DNA from: Lepidodermella squamata
Lineage: Eukaryota; Animalia; Gastrotricha
Assembly: GCA_047495785.1 (NCBI GenBank)
Contig: JBLDXI010000029.1
Location: forward strand, 310,001 to 374,000
Direction: 5' to 3'
Length of the DNA stretch: 64,000 nucleotides
The position numbers and the translations under genes were made by a program. The notes below the pieces were generated by a model. That model ran no database searches. It saw only the letters and a program-made list of their open reading frames with translations, and was not told where the DNA came from. Shown one piece after another: positions 48,227-61,317 of the stretch (the stretch's first letter is position 1; every line of letters starts with the position of its first letter).

Positions 48227-49153
48227 ATGAAGGTTTTATTCACAGTCGTAGCCAGCTTTGCTTTGTTTGCATCAGGTGATTTTTATCAATGTTTTAATTG
48301 AATTCAATTGTATTTATTGTTGTTGGGTTCTAGCTTTTTCGGCTGATTGTGACGCTGGCGATGGTGATGTCAAGTTTATCCGGCGCCGACATGGACAGGG
48401 CATCGACATTCGTTTGAAGAACAAAAACACGAACGTCAACAACATCAATATCGGCGGAGGCAAGGGTTATGACGACTGGCGTCGAAAATGCTCAACAACC
48501 ACTGATTCCACTACAACAACCGTAAGTTCCTACTTCTCCAATCTCGATGGCTGCTTATCTTTGGTACATTTTAGCTCGATCCGCTAGCTGATTTCATTCG
48601 TTGCGTCAACTTGACGGCTCAAGGCACAATTACCTGCCGTTACAATTCGTCGGGCTGCTCAGATGGCGAAGTCCCGGTCAGCACGTCGTACGACAACCTG
48701 ACGCTGTGCGAGAATGCCGTCAAAAATCTGTACATCTTCGACATTGACCGGCTCAGCGATGCGTACAGCACTTGCCGATCTTACACTGGCCTGCCAGCGA
48801 TGATCAAGACAGAAGACCAACGCGGCAGTTTGAAAGATTTGGTCATCACACTGAATCTCCTAACTGCGAAAGTCTACATCGGATTGCGAAAGGTTTTAGT
48901 TCTTATTTCGATAAATGTTCATTATTTCAGTGTTTTTGTGAAGGTTTTTGGAACCTGGCAGTGGATTGACGGCTCGGCATTTGAACCTCTTGAAAATCAG
49001 TGGTACCCCGGGCAGCCGAATAATGACGGCGACTGCGCGTATTACTCGCTGAACGGCAACATCAACAACGAGCTGCTGCTGTTCGATGGCAAGTGCAACG
49101 TCAAAAACGTGGAAATCGCCTGCGAGAACTACATCGACGGCTTCATTGCCTAA
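48227..49153 (+). CDS. Secreted C-type lectin domain protein (4 exons)
   Basis: Signal MKVLFTVVASFALFASAFS; CTLD AYSTC...PAMIKT...VYIGLRK..WQWIDGS...WYPGQPNN.GDCA...FDGKC....IAC. Confidence 0.85.
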
Positions 49154-49388
49154 TATTATAACATTTCCGATTCTATATACAAGATGTGAAGAACAAATTT
49201 ATTTACCAATCTTGGTCTCTTTCGAGGCTTACAGAATTTATTTTTTCCCGTTACAAATAAAGCGGCTCTTTTGCTTGGATTTATATCGCATTATTAATCA
49301 CTTGTCTGAGCATGGACTAGTAGAGTAGCAATTCAGACAGAGTCTACTTCAAATCTAAGCTACATTCATAATAAAATATTTGAGGCAG

Positions 49389-50772
49389 TTAACCCAGAAA
49401 CCAAGGAGCAGTGCGATCCAACTGAGACGCGGAACGGGCATACGAGGTATAATTATCCAAAACTTGGCAGAAAAAGCAATCCATTCTTTCAAGCCTGACA
49501 GGCTTCATTTGTGAAATTAGGCTGCCGTCCGATGATAGGCTAAATACTTGTGTAAATTGGAACGGATGAATGACGTGGGCATGCGATAGGTTGCCGGTAG
49601 ATCCGGATGGAAAGGGACGTGTTGGGAAATCCAGCCTTGTCTTGTTCAACCGCTGGATATCTACAGAGGTAGGAGATACAATCCGGAGAGCTGTCTCGAC
49701 TGCTGATTGGAGTGGAACTTGATGCCTGTTAAAAAGGACGATATCAGATTCAAAAATAACAAAATTACGCTACTCTAAACTCACTTGCTCATCAGATTCA
49801 TGATTTGACGAACCGCTGGCACGTATCGCTGGCTGACGTAGAACACATCTGCTGAACCTTGGAAATACCGCCGTTTACCGTTTGCTGCCAATGTGTAATT
49901 GTTGAATGCCTTTGTCCAAAATCCATCTTTCGGGTGATCGGTCTCTGCGAGTTGTTCGAATTCCTGATAGAAAGCTGTTAGCTCTGCTTTCTGACTTGCA
50001 TTTTGCACCGATGCAACACGTTTTCTCGGGTTCGGACAATCGACTTTATTGTCTGAGTTTTTGCCAAAACAAGGGTAACCCTAGACATCAATATTCATAT
50101 CATATTTCCGGGCCAAACTAAAAGACTTACATAATCGAGATCGGAAATTGTAAATTTTCGGTCTGGACTTGGCAACCAATTCTTTTCTAGCGTGAAGTTG
50201 GATGCCTTCCAAGTCCAAGCATTCAAAATCGCATCGCCTACTGAAACCATAACGCCGTCGTAGCCTCTCACCCGTGGGTCGTCTATCAAACCAAGGTCCA
50301 GGCACGAATACGACGTCTTCTTGCTTGGCAGGCCATACGTTACGAATTTCACATCACGCGGGACAGCTATTCGTGGATACTTACGGGCTATTGCGGGATT
50401 TTTGGGCCAAAAGTCACCACCAGGACCACAGAAAACGACATTAGCGAAAATCGAGCTATACATGGCTAGTATTTTTGATGAGGCAGCGTATTTCGGCCTG
50501 GTGAAGCGAACAATAAGGAGAACGTTGCGTAGATCCAGCAATTCGCCCTTTTTAAACTTAGCTCCGACATCTGACTTCTTTCGATTGAATTCTGATGAGA
50601 AATTTCCGCAGAGCTTATCTTTTCTCACAGCATCACATTCAGCCTTAAATGCGTAAGGCTTGGTTGGTAGTAGTGGTTTGAGATCGCCGTGCCATGGTAC
50701 AGCGAAAAAGATAATCAAGGCGATTGCCAAAACGCCAGGTAAGTTGAATTTGTCGAATACACAGAATTTCAT
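49389..50772 (-). CDS. DUF288/STELLO-like type II membrane protein (putative glycosyltransferase family)
   Basis: N-terminal TM anchor; NVLLIVRF..MYSSIFANVVFCGP; YSCL...GYDGVMVSVGDAILNAW; ADVFYV; VIHPFQF; about 3 exons. Confidence 0.6.
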
Positions 50773-51812
50773 AGGGCAAGTGACTAAAATGGTTGGATTC
50801 GCGGCATTAAGCCCTTGGAGGTATGACTTGATAAAATATCTTCTGGTGTGAGATACTAGCGGTATGATGAACGCAAATTGTCGTCAGGCAGGTGAAATAA
50901 TAGAGATACGCATTTAAATTTTTCTTGCCAAATGTTTTGCTATGCTAGGAATAAACATTCAACCAGACGCAAGGAATATGACTATACAACACGTAATTGT
51001 AAATACGACGGAACAATCGGTCACGTTATGACGGAAACCATACCGATAAATTCTTAAAGCTGAGTGAATGGCTCCAAATTCTGACAAAATACATTTCGAT
51101 GCGCATCAATTTCATGAGGAGTTTCAAGAAGTTGACGAGTTCCATTGGCAAAAGAAAGCTTGACATTCTTCAACTTCTTAAAACTCATTAAATTGATGCG
51201 CATCGAATTCGCCTTCTGCGGAATTTTTCGGCCAAACTGTATATCCCACCAAAGCATGATAAACTTAAATTCTGAAATACAGACGATACCGATGGTATTT
51301 TATACTTCCTTTTCGATAATGATTCGGCGAGTGTTTCTTTGGCTATTTCGACCAACAAATTTCCAGCTTATTGGCTATGAATTTTCAGCTATCCGCTACT
51401 TAAAAGAGCTTGATAAACCTTTTTCCCATCGTGCGCCATGGTACGGTATCAAGAAAACAATGAATTAGAATTCAGAAATAATTGCATTTATTAATCCATT
51501 TACGATCATCTTTTGAAGCCAAATCGGTTTGGCACTTCGACATTTCGAAGTGTAAATAACTACGTGTTTTAGACTGCTCCAGAGAAGCAGGTGTATATAT
51601 CATTCATTGAACGCAGCGTTTCACGCTGAATTAGCATACCGCCATGAAAGTTCTGTGAGTGTATGATTTAAGTCTGAATGGACTACTATAGCAGAGCTAC
51701 TACGAAAGTTACTACAAATTCAACGTATTTTACAGCTTCAGCATCTCATTTTAGGGAGTGTCGGATGTATGAAGCAATCAATAGTCACTTTTTCAAAGTC
51801 TTTCTCAATAAT

Positions 51813-54800
51813 TTAATCCATGCGCTGGCACTGGGTCGGAACATCACGAACAGTGGTGATGTGGACAGGGTGCGACTTGAGGCGCAGGCTGCCGAAAGTA
51901 AGACCCTGGCGAGAAACAACCATGCGGCGGGCAATTTCACGAGTTTCCTCGTTATCGGGCAGGCAGCTCATCTCAACAGGCTCAGAGCGAGTCTGGACAG
52001 ACTTGCAGTTGGCAGAGCAGGCCGGCAGAGCTTGCTGCGAGAAGCAGACGCGGCCAGCATCCTTCTGATACTCGACAACAGTTTTGCGGGCAATGTGGCA
52101 CTGTTCGTGGGTAAGTTCCTTCAGGCGCTGTTCGATGGCGTATTCTTCAGAGCTGGACGGCTCTTCTTCATCACGGCGCATGCTTTCAACAGCCTGACGA
52201 TCCGAGGCGACGGTGTTACGGAGAATGGCCTTTTCCATACGAATCTGGCGGATGGATTGGTCTTTCTTCTCAAGCGGCAACTTGTCTGAGGTCAGATCGC
52301 CGCAAAGGCCGCACAGGGGGGTGGCGAATCCAGTGCGGAGGGGCGAGGTCTTGATTTGGACGTTCTGGCTGTCCAAAGTAACGATGATTCCTGAGGAGGC
52401 TTCTTCAACTTGGCAGGCGTTGTCGTCAAAGCGGCGAACGCTCAGCTGCTGTTCAGAGGATGCTTCGGTTGAAGCAGATTGGCTGTAACCGTTTTGTTGG
52501 ACGTTCGAAACCGAAACACGGCACTCCTATAAGATTAAAAGCAATACTTTTCCGAATCATGGCAAATGATGATAAATTTACCTTGGTGACGCGGTAGATT
52601 TGTTCGCCAACACGGATAACAACCTGTCGTTCCTTGGTGTTCTCAACGGCAACGTAGAGGATGGAGTCAGCCGGAAGAGGGGCAGAGGCGTTGTTGTAAA
52701 GAACCTTGGCCGGCTTGTTGTGGATGCATGAGGCGGCGAGGACGGTCGGGTGATCGGCTGAAAGGAGAACCTCGAACTTGGCACCGTCGAACGAGCTCAG
52801 GGAGTTGTGGCGGGAGAAGCTAGATTGCTTGGGAGTAGCGAGCTTGCAAGTCGGGGCGAGGGGAGTGGTGTCCTTGTTGGATTGGATCATGTTAGCGACG
52901 GTGGAGCGGATCAGGGAGGAAAGAGGGCTGGCGCCGTAGACGCGATTTGGCGGCAGAGCAACGGCCGGGGTTTGCTTAGCGGAGAAGGAGAATTTCGGGG
53001 CCATGATATCGACATCAACCTTCTTCAGATCCTTCGACCAGCGGAATTTGGCGAGGACCTTGCCAGCCTTGTAGCTAGCAGGCTCGAAGTGACCTTGCTT
53101 GAAAAGACCTGGAAAATCAAAGTAGGACAGATTTAGTTAGAAAGAATAGACCTTGGAACATTTCCGAAGGTTCAAATGAAAAGAAAAATTACCTGCGAAG
53201 TTGAGGACCTTGGCGATAATTTCGTCAACACGAGCCGGCATTTGGTCGTAGCGAATGAAAACAGAGACATCACGCAAGTAAAGTTGCTGTTCGAAGCGCT
53301 CAGCCAGGCAAGAGTCAACCATAGCAACCTGCTGCGAAACGCTCGATGCCTTCTTATCGGACTTGGCGACGCAGGAATAGACGTATTCTGCACGCAGATC
53401 GTGGCAGCGGTCGAAGCCATAACGCTGCTCGGCAATGCACTTCTTGAATGACTGGATGAGCTGCGGGATCGACTCAACAGCGGCGATGTGGTTTGCGATC
53501 ATTTCACGAGTAACGCCCTGGGTCTCACGGCGGATCTTGATAGATTCGTCCTTAGATTCAGGTTCAACATTTCCAGCAGTGGTGTCGATGCGGATGACGC
53601 GTTCCAAATTAGCGCCGTAACGCAGAACGTGGTGTGAGCGAAGACGGGTGATGGCTTCGTAGTCTTCGGGCTTGATCGAGCGAGTGGCGAAGGCGCCGAA
53701 CGTTTTATCGACCGGGACAATCGATTCCCACATAGCAGCAGTCTGAGGCAAGTTGAGGTAGACGAACAGACGGCTGGCGGCTGGGGATTTCGCGATGCTA
53801 GCGACCAAACGAGCTGAACGTTGGCCGGACTTCAGTTCAATGACGAGTTCATCCAAGCGAGACGAGGCTGGGGAGGCGAACATCTGACGGCGGAGGTCCT
53901 TCATAGCGACCGGGGAGTTGCGACGGGCGTAGTCTTCGCGAACTTCCTGGCTATCAGTTGGCTGGTCGAATTCGGCAATGGTCTTCTTAAGGGTGGCCGC
54001 ATCAACCTTGCCTCTCAGCTTCTTCGCTTGCTTCTTAGCCCAGAAAATACCATCGCGGACGAAACGGAAAGCCTCGCTCTTGAGGTCGCGCGGCTTGACT
54101 TGCTCTTCTTGTTCGTCGTCTTCAGTTGGCTGTTGGAGTTCGTTATCTTCGTCGCTGTCAGCATTCTTCTTGGAGTGATGCTTGTTCTTGCGCTGTTCGT
54201 GACGCTCTTCAGCCTCCTTTTCCTGGTCTTCTTCGAGCTTTTCAATCTTGACACCAGCGATCTTCTCAACACGAGCGATAACTTCTTCAACGGTCAGCTT
54301 TTCGAGAGTCTCAGTCTTGATCTGTAAATATCAATGAGCTTTGAAAAATCTTCTTTGTAAAATTGAGCTTATTACCTTGATTTCAAGAGGGGTGGCCGAA
54401 GTCATGTCGCTGGTAACGCGCAGGTGCATCGGGCCAGCGAGCGGCTTTTCTGGGTTGTAGACAGCTTCAACAGAGCCCTTGCCGCCAACAAGGGGGGAGA
54501 AGGGCTTGGTCATCTTCTTAACGTTGCAGCGTGAAGATGAAGAGCACAGGGCCTTCTCAACGCGACCAGCAACACGGCGCAGCTTCTCAGGCTCGAATTC
54601 GGTCTCAGGGGTAGATTCGATCTTAGAGGTCAGAGGCTCTTCGAAAACGACTGGGGAAATCGAAGCTTCGACTACGTCAAACTTGGCCTGGTGGGGCTCG
54701 ATGATGAATTTCGGGGAAGATTGCTCCATTTCGACCTTGAGACCGATCGGGAGTTCGAGGCGAAGCTTGGCGTTGATTGCAAGACCCTGGCGGAGGTAGG

Positions 54801-57794
54801 GGAGTTCGATGTTGGCACGAACCTCGCCGGCCAAGCCAACAACGGGATGGATAGAAGCGCGGACTGACTTGGGGTAGAGATTCGGCGCGACTTCGATGCC
54901 ATGGCTGGTCTTAACGCTGACAACCGAGGCAATGGATGAAGAGAACGACGCCAAGACACCGGTTTCAGTTGGCACGACGATTTCAGAGCGAGCCAGCAGG
55001 TTAGCGTAGGTCTTGTCGCTTTGGTGGGTCGAAGCCTGGGTGACCTTGCGAATGATTGACAGAATAGCCTTGTTAGCCAGAGCTTGCAACTTGCTGACTT
55101 CGAGGTGCTCGAGGTTCAGCGTGCGGCCGAAAGCCTTAATGAGGAGGTTGGCGGAATAGCCGTGGACAGATTCCTGGCCATCCATTTGACGACCGGTCGC
55201 GTCGAAGAAACGCTCGACGCCGACGATTTCAAGCATGCGGCGGACTACAGCCTCCTCGCCTTGTTCCAGGGTCTCGTCAAGCTCGGGTTTCTTGGAAAGG
55301 TCATGCTCGCTGAGGGGGACGACAGAGGCGGCGATTTCAACAGGGTTGATCGATTGGCCGAGGATGTTGAGGTTCAGCTTGGTGAACATGCGGTGGAGAC
55401 CCATGCCGCGACGCGAGGAGAAGTTGATGTCAATACCAGCGCCGAGTTGCATCTCTTCGCTGTACGAACCAAGCTTGAGGAACTTGGCGTGCGATTTAGT
55501 GTCAAGAGGCTCGTCGAGCATGTGCTTGACTGACGAGGCGATCTTGGCAATGCGTTGCGTTTCAGCCGGGGATTGACCTGCGCTGTAGGTGGCGTTGGAC
55601 AGGGCGTCGAGGTGAGAGCGGATGAAGGTGGCTAAGGAAGCGCTGGGTTCAGAGTTAGAAGCGACAGTACGGGTGATTTGTGCGAGTTCCTGAGATTCAG
55701 GGCGGGTCATCATGAGAACGACGTAAGCAGCAATGCGGACATCATCGGGGAGCTTAGCGTCGTTTAGAAGAGGGAGGACAAGGGCGCGGACCTGAGCCTG
55801 GAGCTCCTGACGTGGAGCCAAGCGGCGAAGGGCGTAGATAGCTTCATGCATGCGCAGATGAGTGCGGTCGCTCAGAATACGGGTGATCTCGGGCAGGAGA
55901 GCCGGGAGGCCAGCGTTTCCGAGAGCAACCAGGGCGATGAGTTCATCGCGAGGGGTCGAGGCGGAGCGGAGGAGCTTGCGGAGAGGTTCGGCCAGTTTCT
56001 CAGATGGGCATTGCTTCTCAGAAGCTTGAGACGGGCAGGCTGAACCGACTACGCTGCTGTAGGTCAGAACGCAACGCTGGCGGAGAGAGTGACGCTCGGC
56101 TTCAGTGGCACTTGGGACAATACGGGAGGTCTCAATCTATTGGACATTCGTTATATCGATAATATCTTGAGCAGTGAGTCCAACTTACTTCTTCGCACAG
56201 CTTGTTGACAGTTTCGATATCAGCTGCGCGAGGAAGAGTGAGGAGACCGACTGAGCTGAGGGCTGCATCGGTTTCGGAGACCGTCAGTTTGTTCGAGCGA
56301 GCCAGATCAGCGATGAGGTCAACAGCTCCAGGCTGGTTCTCGGCAAGAATAGCCTCCAGAAGCCTGGAAAACAGAGTGTTTATCCAAGTTTGAACAGGCT
56401 TAGAAATCAACTTACGGCAGACGCAGCTCAGCGCACGGCGACTCGGCGACGATTTGACGCAGTTGTTCGGGGCGAATGTGGCGCAGGGTGCGCGCGATTT
56501 CGAGCAGAGACGCGGCGGCCTGGGCGTGCTTAGCCTCGCGACGGCGGGCGCAGAACTCGGTGCTGATGGCCATCAGACGCTCGATGGCGACCTTCTCGTC
56601 CTCAACCTGGAGATCTTGGCGATCCTTGGTCTGTTCCTCAGATCGGTCGAATTCAGGCGACTCGAGGCGCAGCGGTTGGCGCAGGGTGCGCACAGAGGCC
56701 GGCAGCAGGCGTTGGACGTGGCTGGCGTCGGCGATGGGCTCGACGGCAGCGAGGCGCAGGTGAGACGTCGAGGCGACGACGACGTCACGCTTGGCTGGCA
56801 GCGGGACGACAACGCGGCTCTCGAGGCTGGCCGAGGCGATGACGTAGTCGCGGCGGCTGCCCGCCAGCGTCAGCTCGACGACGGTCGACTGGCGCAGGGC
56901 GTCGGCGGTCTTGGCGCCGGACGGCATGGTCGAGAGGGCGAGGCGAGGCGTGTCCTTGCACTGCGAGTCCTTGCGAGACTTGCGCACTTCGAAGCGAGGC
57001 AGCGAGTTGCCGGCGACCGAGACAGGCTCGGAGACGGTGTACAGCGTGTCGCAGGTGCCGATGGGCGACGGTTCCGCAACGGTGAACACGGCGTCCTTGG
57101 CCTGCTTGTGGCCGGTCAGTTGGAGCTGCAACAGCTGCAGCAGGCCCTTCTTGAGGTTGAGCGACCACGCCGGCTCCGAGGCGTCGGCGCGCAGCGAGGC
57201 GACCTGCGAGTGGTCGGCGAAGCGGAACGCGACCGGCTTGAGCAGCTGTTCGGCGAGGCGCGACTCGGCGGCGATCGGGCCGAAGCGCGGCGTCTCGGCG
57301 TCGGTCGACGGCAGCTGCGAGGCCTGCAGCGACAGCGGCTGTTCGAGGCGCAGCACGGCGGCGTCGTTCTCGAGCAGGGCAAGGCGGGCCCGGCAGCGCA
57401 CGCGCAGCAGCGACTGCTGGTCGGCACCCGAGGCGCCGTCCAGCTGCACGCCCGTCGTCGTCTCGTAGTCGTAGACGTACTCCTTCATAGCGCGGAATCC
57501 CTCATCTAAAAATTATGATATAGGATAGAAATGCTTTAGAATGGACAATTTCGACTGTCAAATTATGCTTCATTGTTGATCTTAATTTTTTATATGGCCC
57601 TAGAGAATTTCTTAACATTCAAAACTTTAGTACGGAATATTAATAAAATGACCCTACATTCTTGGGTTTTACTGAAATCATATAAAATACTTACCCAAGC
57701 GAATATTCTTCGGAGGGGGCATCTGGTACGCCGTTGTGAGCAGAGCTTCACAAACAACTACCGCCAGGAGCATCACAGCAGACCGGCGGGCCAT
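51813..57794 (-). CDS. vtg: Vitellogenin / large lipid transfer protein (LPD_N, DUF1943-like, vWD); multi-exon
   Basis: Signal exon MARRSAVMLLAVVVCEALLTTA at 57794; KEYVYDYET, WSLNLKKGLLQLLQ, EPSPIGTCDTLY, ALGNAG, AIYALRR, VRIAAYVVLM; C-terminal SFDG and LCGLCGD (vWD). Confidence 0.85.
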
Positions 57795-57905
57795 GTTTAA
57801 AAATAATTCACGAGGATGTGTTAAAGGATGTCAAGTAAACAAAACAACCGATTATTCGTCCCGAAAACAACTGAATCTGATGAAATTGCACAGTTACTCC
57901 TCGCC

Positions 57906-57912
57906 TTTTATA
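57906..57912 (-). promoter_or_regulatory. TATA box of the vitellogenin gene
   Basis: TATAAAA on the minus strand about 110 bp upstream of the ATG. Confidence 0.45.
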
Positions 57913-58569
57913 GCCGATCGAAGTCACAGGTTGCAACGACCTTCGTAACCTTTGTTAAATTTCGAATTCGCTCATTTCAAGTTCATCAGTGAGAACGCAT
58001 AACTTTCGGGGTCGCAACACTGGGAATTTATTCCTAGCTATTAGTTTATTATCAATTCACATGCTGTTAGTGATGTCTGGATTTTTTTAGCATACAAAAC
58101 TCTCAGTGCACATGCGGGAACAAATGGGTCAATCGGTACAAGCAGCATCAGCATGTGCGCTCTTCCTCCTCTCATCAATTAAAAAATTCACTCGGTGTCA
58201 AATTACAGTGTTATGAACAGCCGCTAAAATCACATCCGTCCACGTGTCTTTTATGTCCTAATACCTAATAGATCAATTAAAAGTCTGATAGAGAACTTGA
58301 GAACTTCTACATTCTACATCGGCCGACAGCCTACCAAATAAATCTCCGACAAACGCTCCGGTTTTTGCTCAAGAACATACTCAGACAGGTTGCTCGTCTA
58401 CAGTCTTACTTATATCAAAGAAAAACCAAGAAAAATCACGTCTTTGCCCAAAACAGTAATAAGATCCTTTATTAATTGACGGGTAACATACTGAGATTCT
58501 TTATTGAGTGTAACAAAACCGACACACTCTAAAGTTCGTTTTTGAGATTAGAGTTCGAATTTAAGTATA

Positions 58570-61317
58570 CTACACTGCGTTGTTTGCAGGTATTTCTTGC
58601 GCTGATTCACTGCGCCGAACACTGTGCACCGACATAATTGACTTGTTAGATTTGCTGCTTTTCTGACTCTGATTAGGCGTATCTTCTTTATGAGAGTTGC
58701 TTCGAGAATGGAGGCGTTTCGGAGACGGCACAGACCTCTGCTCCTCCGTGCCCTCAGTTATAGGGGTCAAAATCTCAACAGCTTGAAGTCGTCGCACAAA
58801 GCTAAAGCCCATATCCTGGTCGGAATTGCCGCCATTCTTAGCATTCTGTCGCCGTGCAGCCGCTGCAGCAGTTTGATTCGAATTCTGGCGGAGAGTTTGC
58901 TGAATGTTGTTGCTCTTTTGAGGTGTCCTCGACATACGCAAATAGAAAGCCCCTGATGCTGAGCTCGACAAAACAAGAAAAGCTAACGCCGTATGCTGTG
59001 ATGAAGGTACTCGGTAGCTTGAATTAAGCAAAGTTAAAGCTCCCATAAAGAAAATGACTGCCTGCATAACAACCGAAGCTACCATTCTCTCGTAGTCCGG
59101 TATTGGGTGGATTTGATTTTGATGCCAGAGCGCAGCTGCATAGAATATACCGACAACAAGAAGAAACGCATGAATCAAGCCGATGCTCGCAATCCAGCCG
59201 CTGAAATTCGTCGAGGTACACGACATCATTGTGTAATGGAAAAACGTGTCCTCCATTGGATCGTAATGGTCGAATTTTGACGTTGTAGCCTCATCAAGGT
59301 ACTCGAACCTTACCAGATCTGTCGATAGCCAGAAAGTTAGCAGCATTGCGTTGAATATTGTGAACCAAATCGCGGCTATTACTGACAGCTGTGTTTTGGA
59401 CTCTGATGTTAGGTAAAGGTATGAATGCTTCTTAGGTTTTGTAGTAACTGCTGAACTAGCACTTTGTCCACTAGCATCCACTTCTATTGCCACGGTTGCT
59501 ATAGTTTGATTATCAGTGCTGATTCTGTTGAATCTACAGCAAAATAGGATTTGCGAACTTTGCGATAGAATCATCCATGAATTGTGCGTCTTGCGACCAG
59601 ATAAAGCCAGTCGGAACACGCAGCTGCTGTGGAGAAGTGAAAGACCGATAACAGTCAGAATTACGTCGAAAGCGCATAGGATTGAACTAGTGCTTGATTG
59701 GAAGGGCGTTGCTAAGCAAATCGCAGCTACGTTGAGTAGTAGACACCCGGGAACTAGAATACTACGACCCATCAACATAGTCTTATGCTTCCGGCTCTGG
59801 AGGTGGAGCAGCCATGGATTCAACCAGATTAGGCCGTCAATGACTGAGAAAAACGCAGCGAGGCCGAAAATAACACCAGGAATATCGGTCGCTAAGTCAT
59901 CAACCACCTCGAAATAACCCATTAAAGATTTCGGAGGTTTGCTAGTCAGCCAAAGCGATTCATTAGTTGTTGCCTCAAGGAGATACCCGTTTGTATTTAG
60001 GATTTTCGCGATAGTCCAATTTTTCGCTGAGTAGGAGGGAATTTTCGTGGTCCGCATGAAAATATTTACGTTTGACGATCCGTCCCATTGAACCGAAACC
60101 TTAGCCACAAAAATCTGACTCGCATCGATGGATTCAGGGCCAGGAAGCGGCTTGGCCTTGTCTAGAGCTGTTAAAGCTGTCCAAATCGTGTCTCTGAAGA
60201 TGGGCCATTGATATACTGGGTTGTAAATCGATCGGATATTGAGTTTCTCAATACTGGTAGCAACGAATCTGTTCAAATCTGGCGAGATGTTTATTTTATC
60301 ATCATTATCAGCCAAAGTTGGTAGCGGCCCGATGAAAATGGCGCTGTCCAACTGCTTGACCAGGCCTTCGGTCAGCGGCTGGCCTAGATACGCCTGAAGA
60401 TGAGTTTGAGAAGAAACCAGGAAGACGTAACGTGATCCAGTTACTCCAGCTCGAAATAGACTCAGTAAGAGAGATTTGGTGAAGTTTGCGTCAGATAGGT
60501 GAAAAATTATTATCCTTGAATCTGCTTCCTTGATCGCCTGAACGGAGGTTTGCTGAGACCTCGTTGAGGCGAGATGTAGGTTTACAGCGATATTTCGCTG
60601 CGTCAGTAACCTATAAAGCTGTCTTGATTCTTGCAGATCTTTCTCCTCAGAAATCGTGACAATCATAATGTTCTTCCAGCCTCCTATACTAGCCGCGAAC
60701 GTTGTTACAGTGTGGAGATAAAGCTGTAGCGTTGTCGAGATGACGACCGAGTTATCCGACTTGGTTGAGTTCGAAGTCAGCAGTGAAAGAGTTTGCCGCT
60801 TTTCCCTGCGATACGCAGGGCAGAAGCTGTTGTATCTCGACAACATCGGGCTGATCAGGGTCGAATTTGCGAAATTAGTGATAGGACATAGACGCGCGGT
60901 TTCTGACTCTTCAAAATTGAGCAACATCACGAAGGGAGACCATTCACTTGAGTTTTGAGGAAAAGCTGTGCTGCGTAAAAACTCGGCGTTTGACATGGGT
61001 TTCAGATTGATCAAATGGCGGGGTAAGATTTGGTTATCTGAATTCACGTAGTCGACAATAGCAGCCATCGAGGCGAGGTTGAGGAGGGCTTGTACAACCT
61101 CTGATTCAACCCTCGAATCGCTGTAAAGAACTGGGATTTGGATGACCTGCGGTTTGCGTTGATCGGGACGTAAATTCAGCGACATGTTGTAGTAGGACGA
61201 AATGATATCACGCAGTGCAAAATTTGGCCTGAAGCGCAGTAGGTCACTTATCTGACTGCTCTGCGAGTCAGAAGACGCCACAAGGAGATGTATCAGCAGT
61301 AGCGTTACTAACAGCAT
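58570..61317 (-). CDS. Class C GPCR (GABA-B-receptor-like, divergent), intronless
   Basis: Signal MLLVTLLLIHLLVASS; Venus-flytrap-like ectodomain (VNSDNQILP, GWKNI, IKEADSRIII, GVTGSRYVFL); no Cys-rich domain; about seven hydrophobic helices; low-complexity C-tail. Confidence 0.75.
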   Translation of the reverse strand: MLLVTLLLIHLLVASSDSQSSQISDLLRFRPNFALRDIISSYYNMSLNLRPDQRKPQVIQIPVLYSDSRVESEVVQALLNLASMAAIVDYVNSDNQILPRHLINLKPMSNAEFLRSTAFPQNSSEWSPFVMLLNFEESETARLCPITNFANSTLISPMLSRYNSFCPAYRREKRQTLSLLTSNSTKSDNSVVISTTLQLYLHTVTTFAASIGGWKNIMIVTISEEKDLQESRQLYRLLTQRNIAVNLHLASTRSQQTSVQAIKEADSRIIIFHLSDANFTKSLLLSLFRAGVTGSRYVFLVSSQTHLQAYLGQPLTEGLVKQLDSAIFIGPLPTLADNDDKINISPDLNRFVATSIEKLNIRSIYNPVYQWPIFRDTIWTALTALDKAKPLPGPESIDASQIFVAKVSVQWDGSSNVNIFMRTTKIPSYSAKNWTIAKILNTNGYLLEATTNESLWLTSKPPKSLMGYFEVVDDLATDIPGVIFGLAAFFSVIDGLIWLNPWLLHLQSRKHKTMLMGRSILVPGCLLLNVAAICLATPFQSSTSSILCAFDVILTVIGLSLLHSSCVFRLALSGRKTHNSWMILSQSSQILFCCRFNRISTDNQTIATVAIEVDASGQSASSAVTTKPKKHSYLYLTSESKTQLSVIAAIWFTIFNAMLLTFWLSTDLVRFEYLDEATTSKFDHYDPMEDTFFHYTMMSCTSTNFSGWIASIGLIHAFLLVVGIFYAAALWHQNQIHPIPDYERMVASVVMQAVIFFMGALTLLNSSYRVPSSQHTALAFLVLSSSASGAFYLRMSRTPQKSNNIQQTLRQNSNQTAAAAARRQNAKNGGNSDQDMGFSFVRRLQAVEILTPITEGTEEQRSVPSPKRLHSRSNSHKEDTPNQSQKSSKSNKSIMSVHSVRRSESAQEIPANNAV

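Noticed and set aside
51678-57509. Long plus-strand ORFs (e.g. 56454-57509, 53821-54327, 51678-52289)
   Set aside because: Antisense shadows of codon-biased vitellogenin exons; no recognisable motifs.
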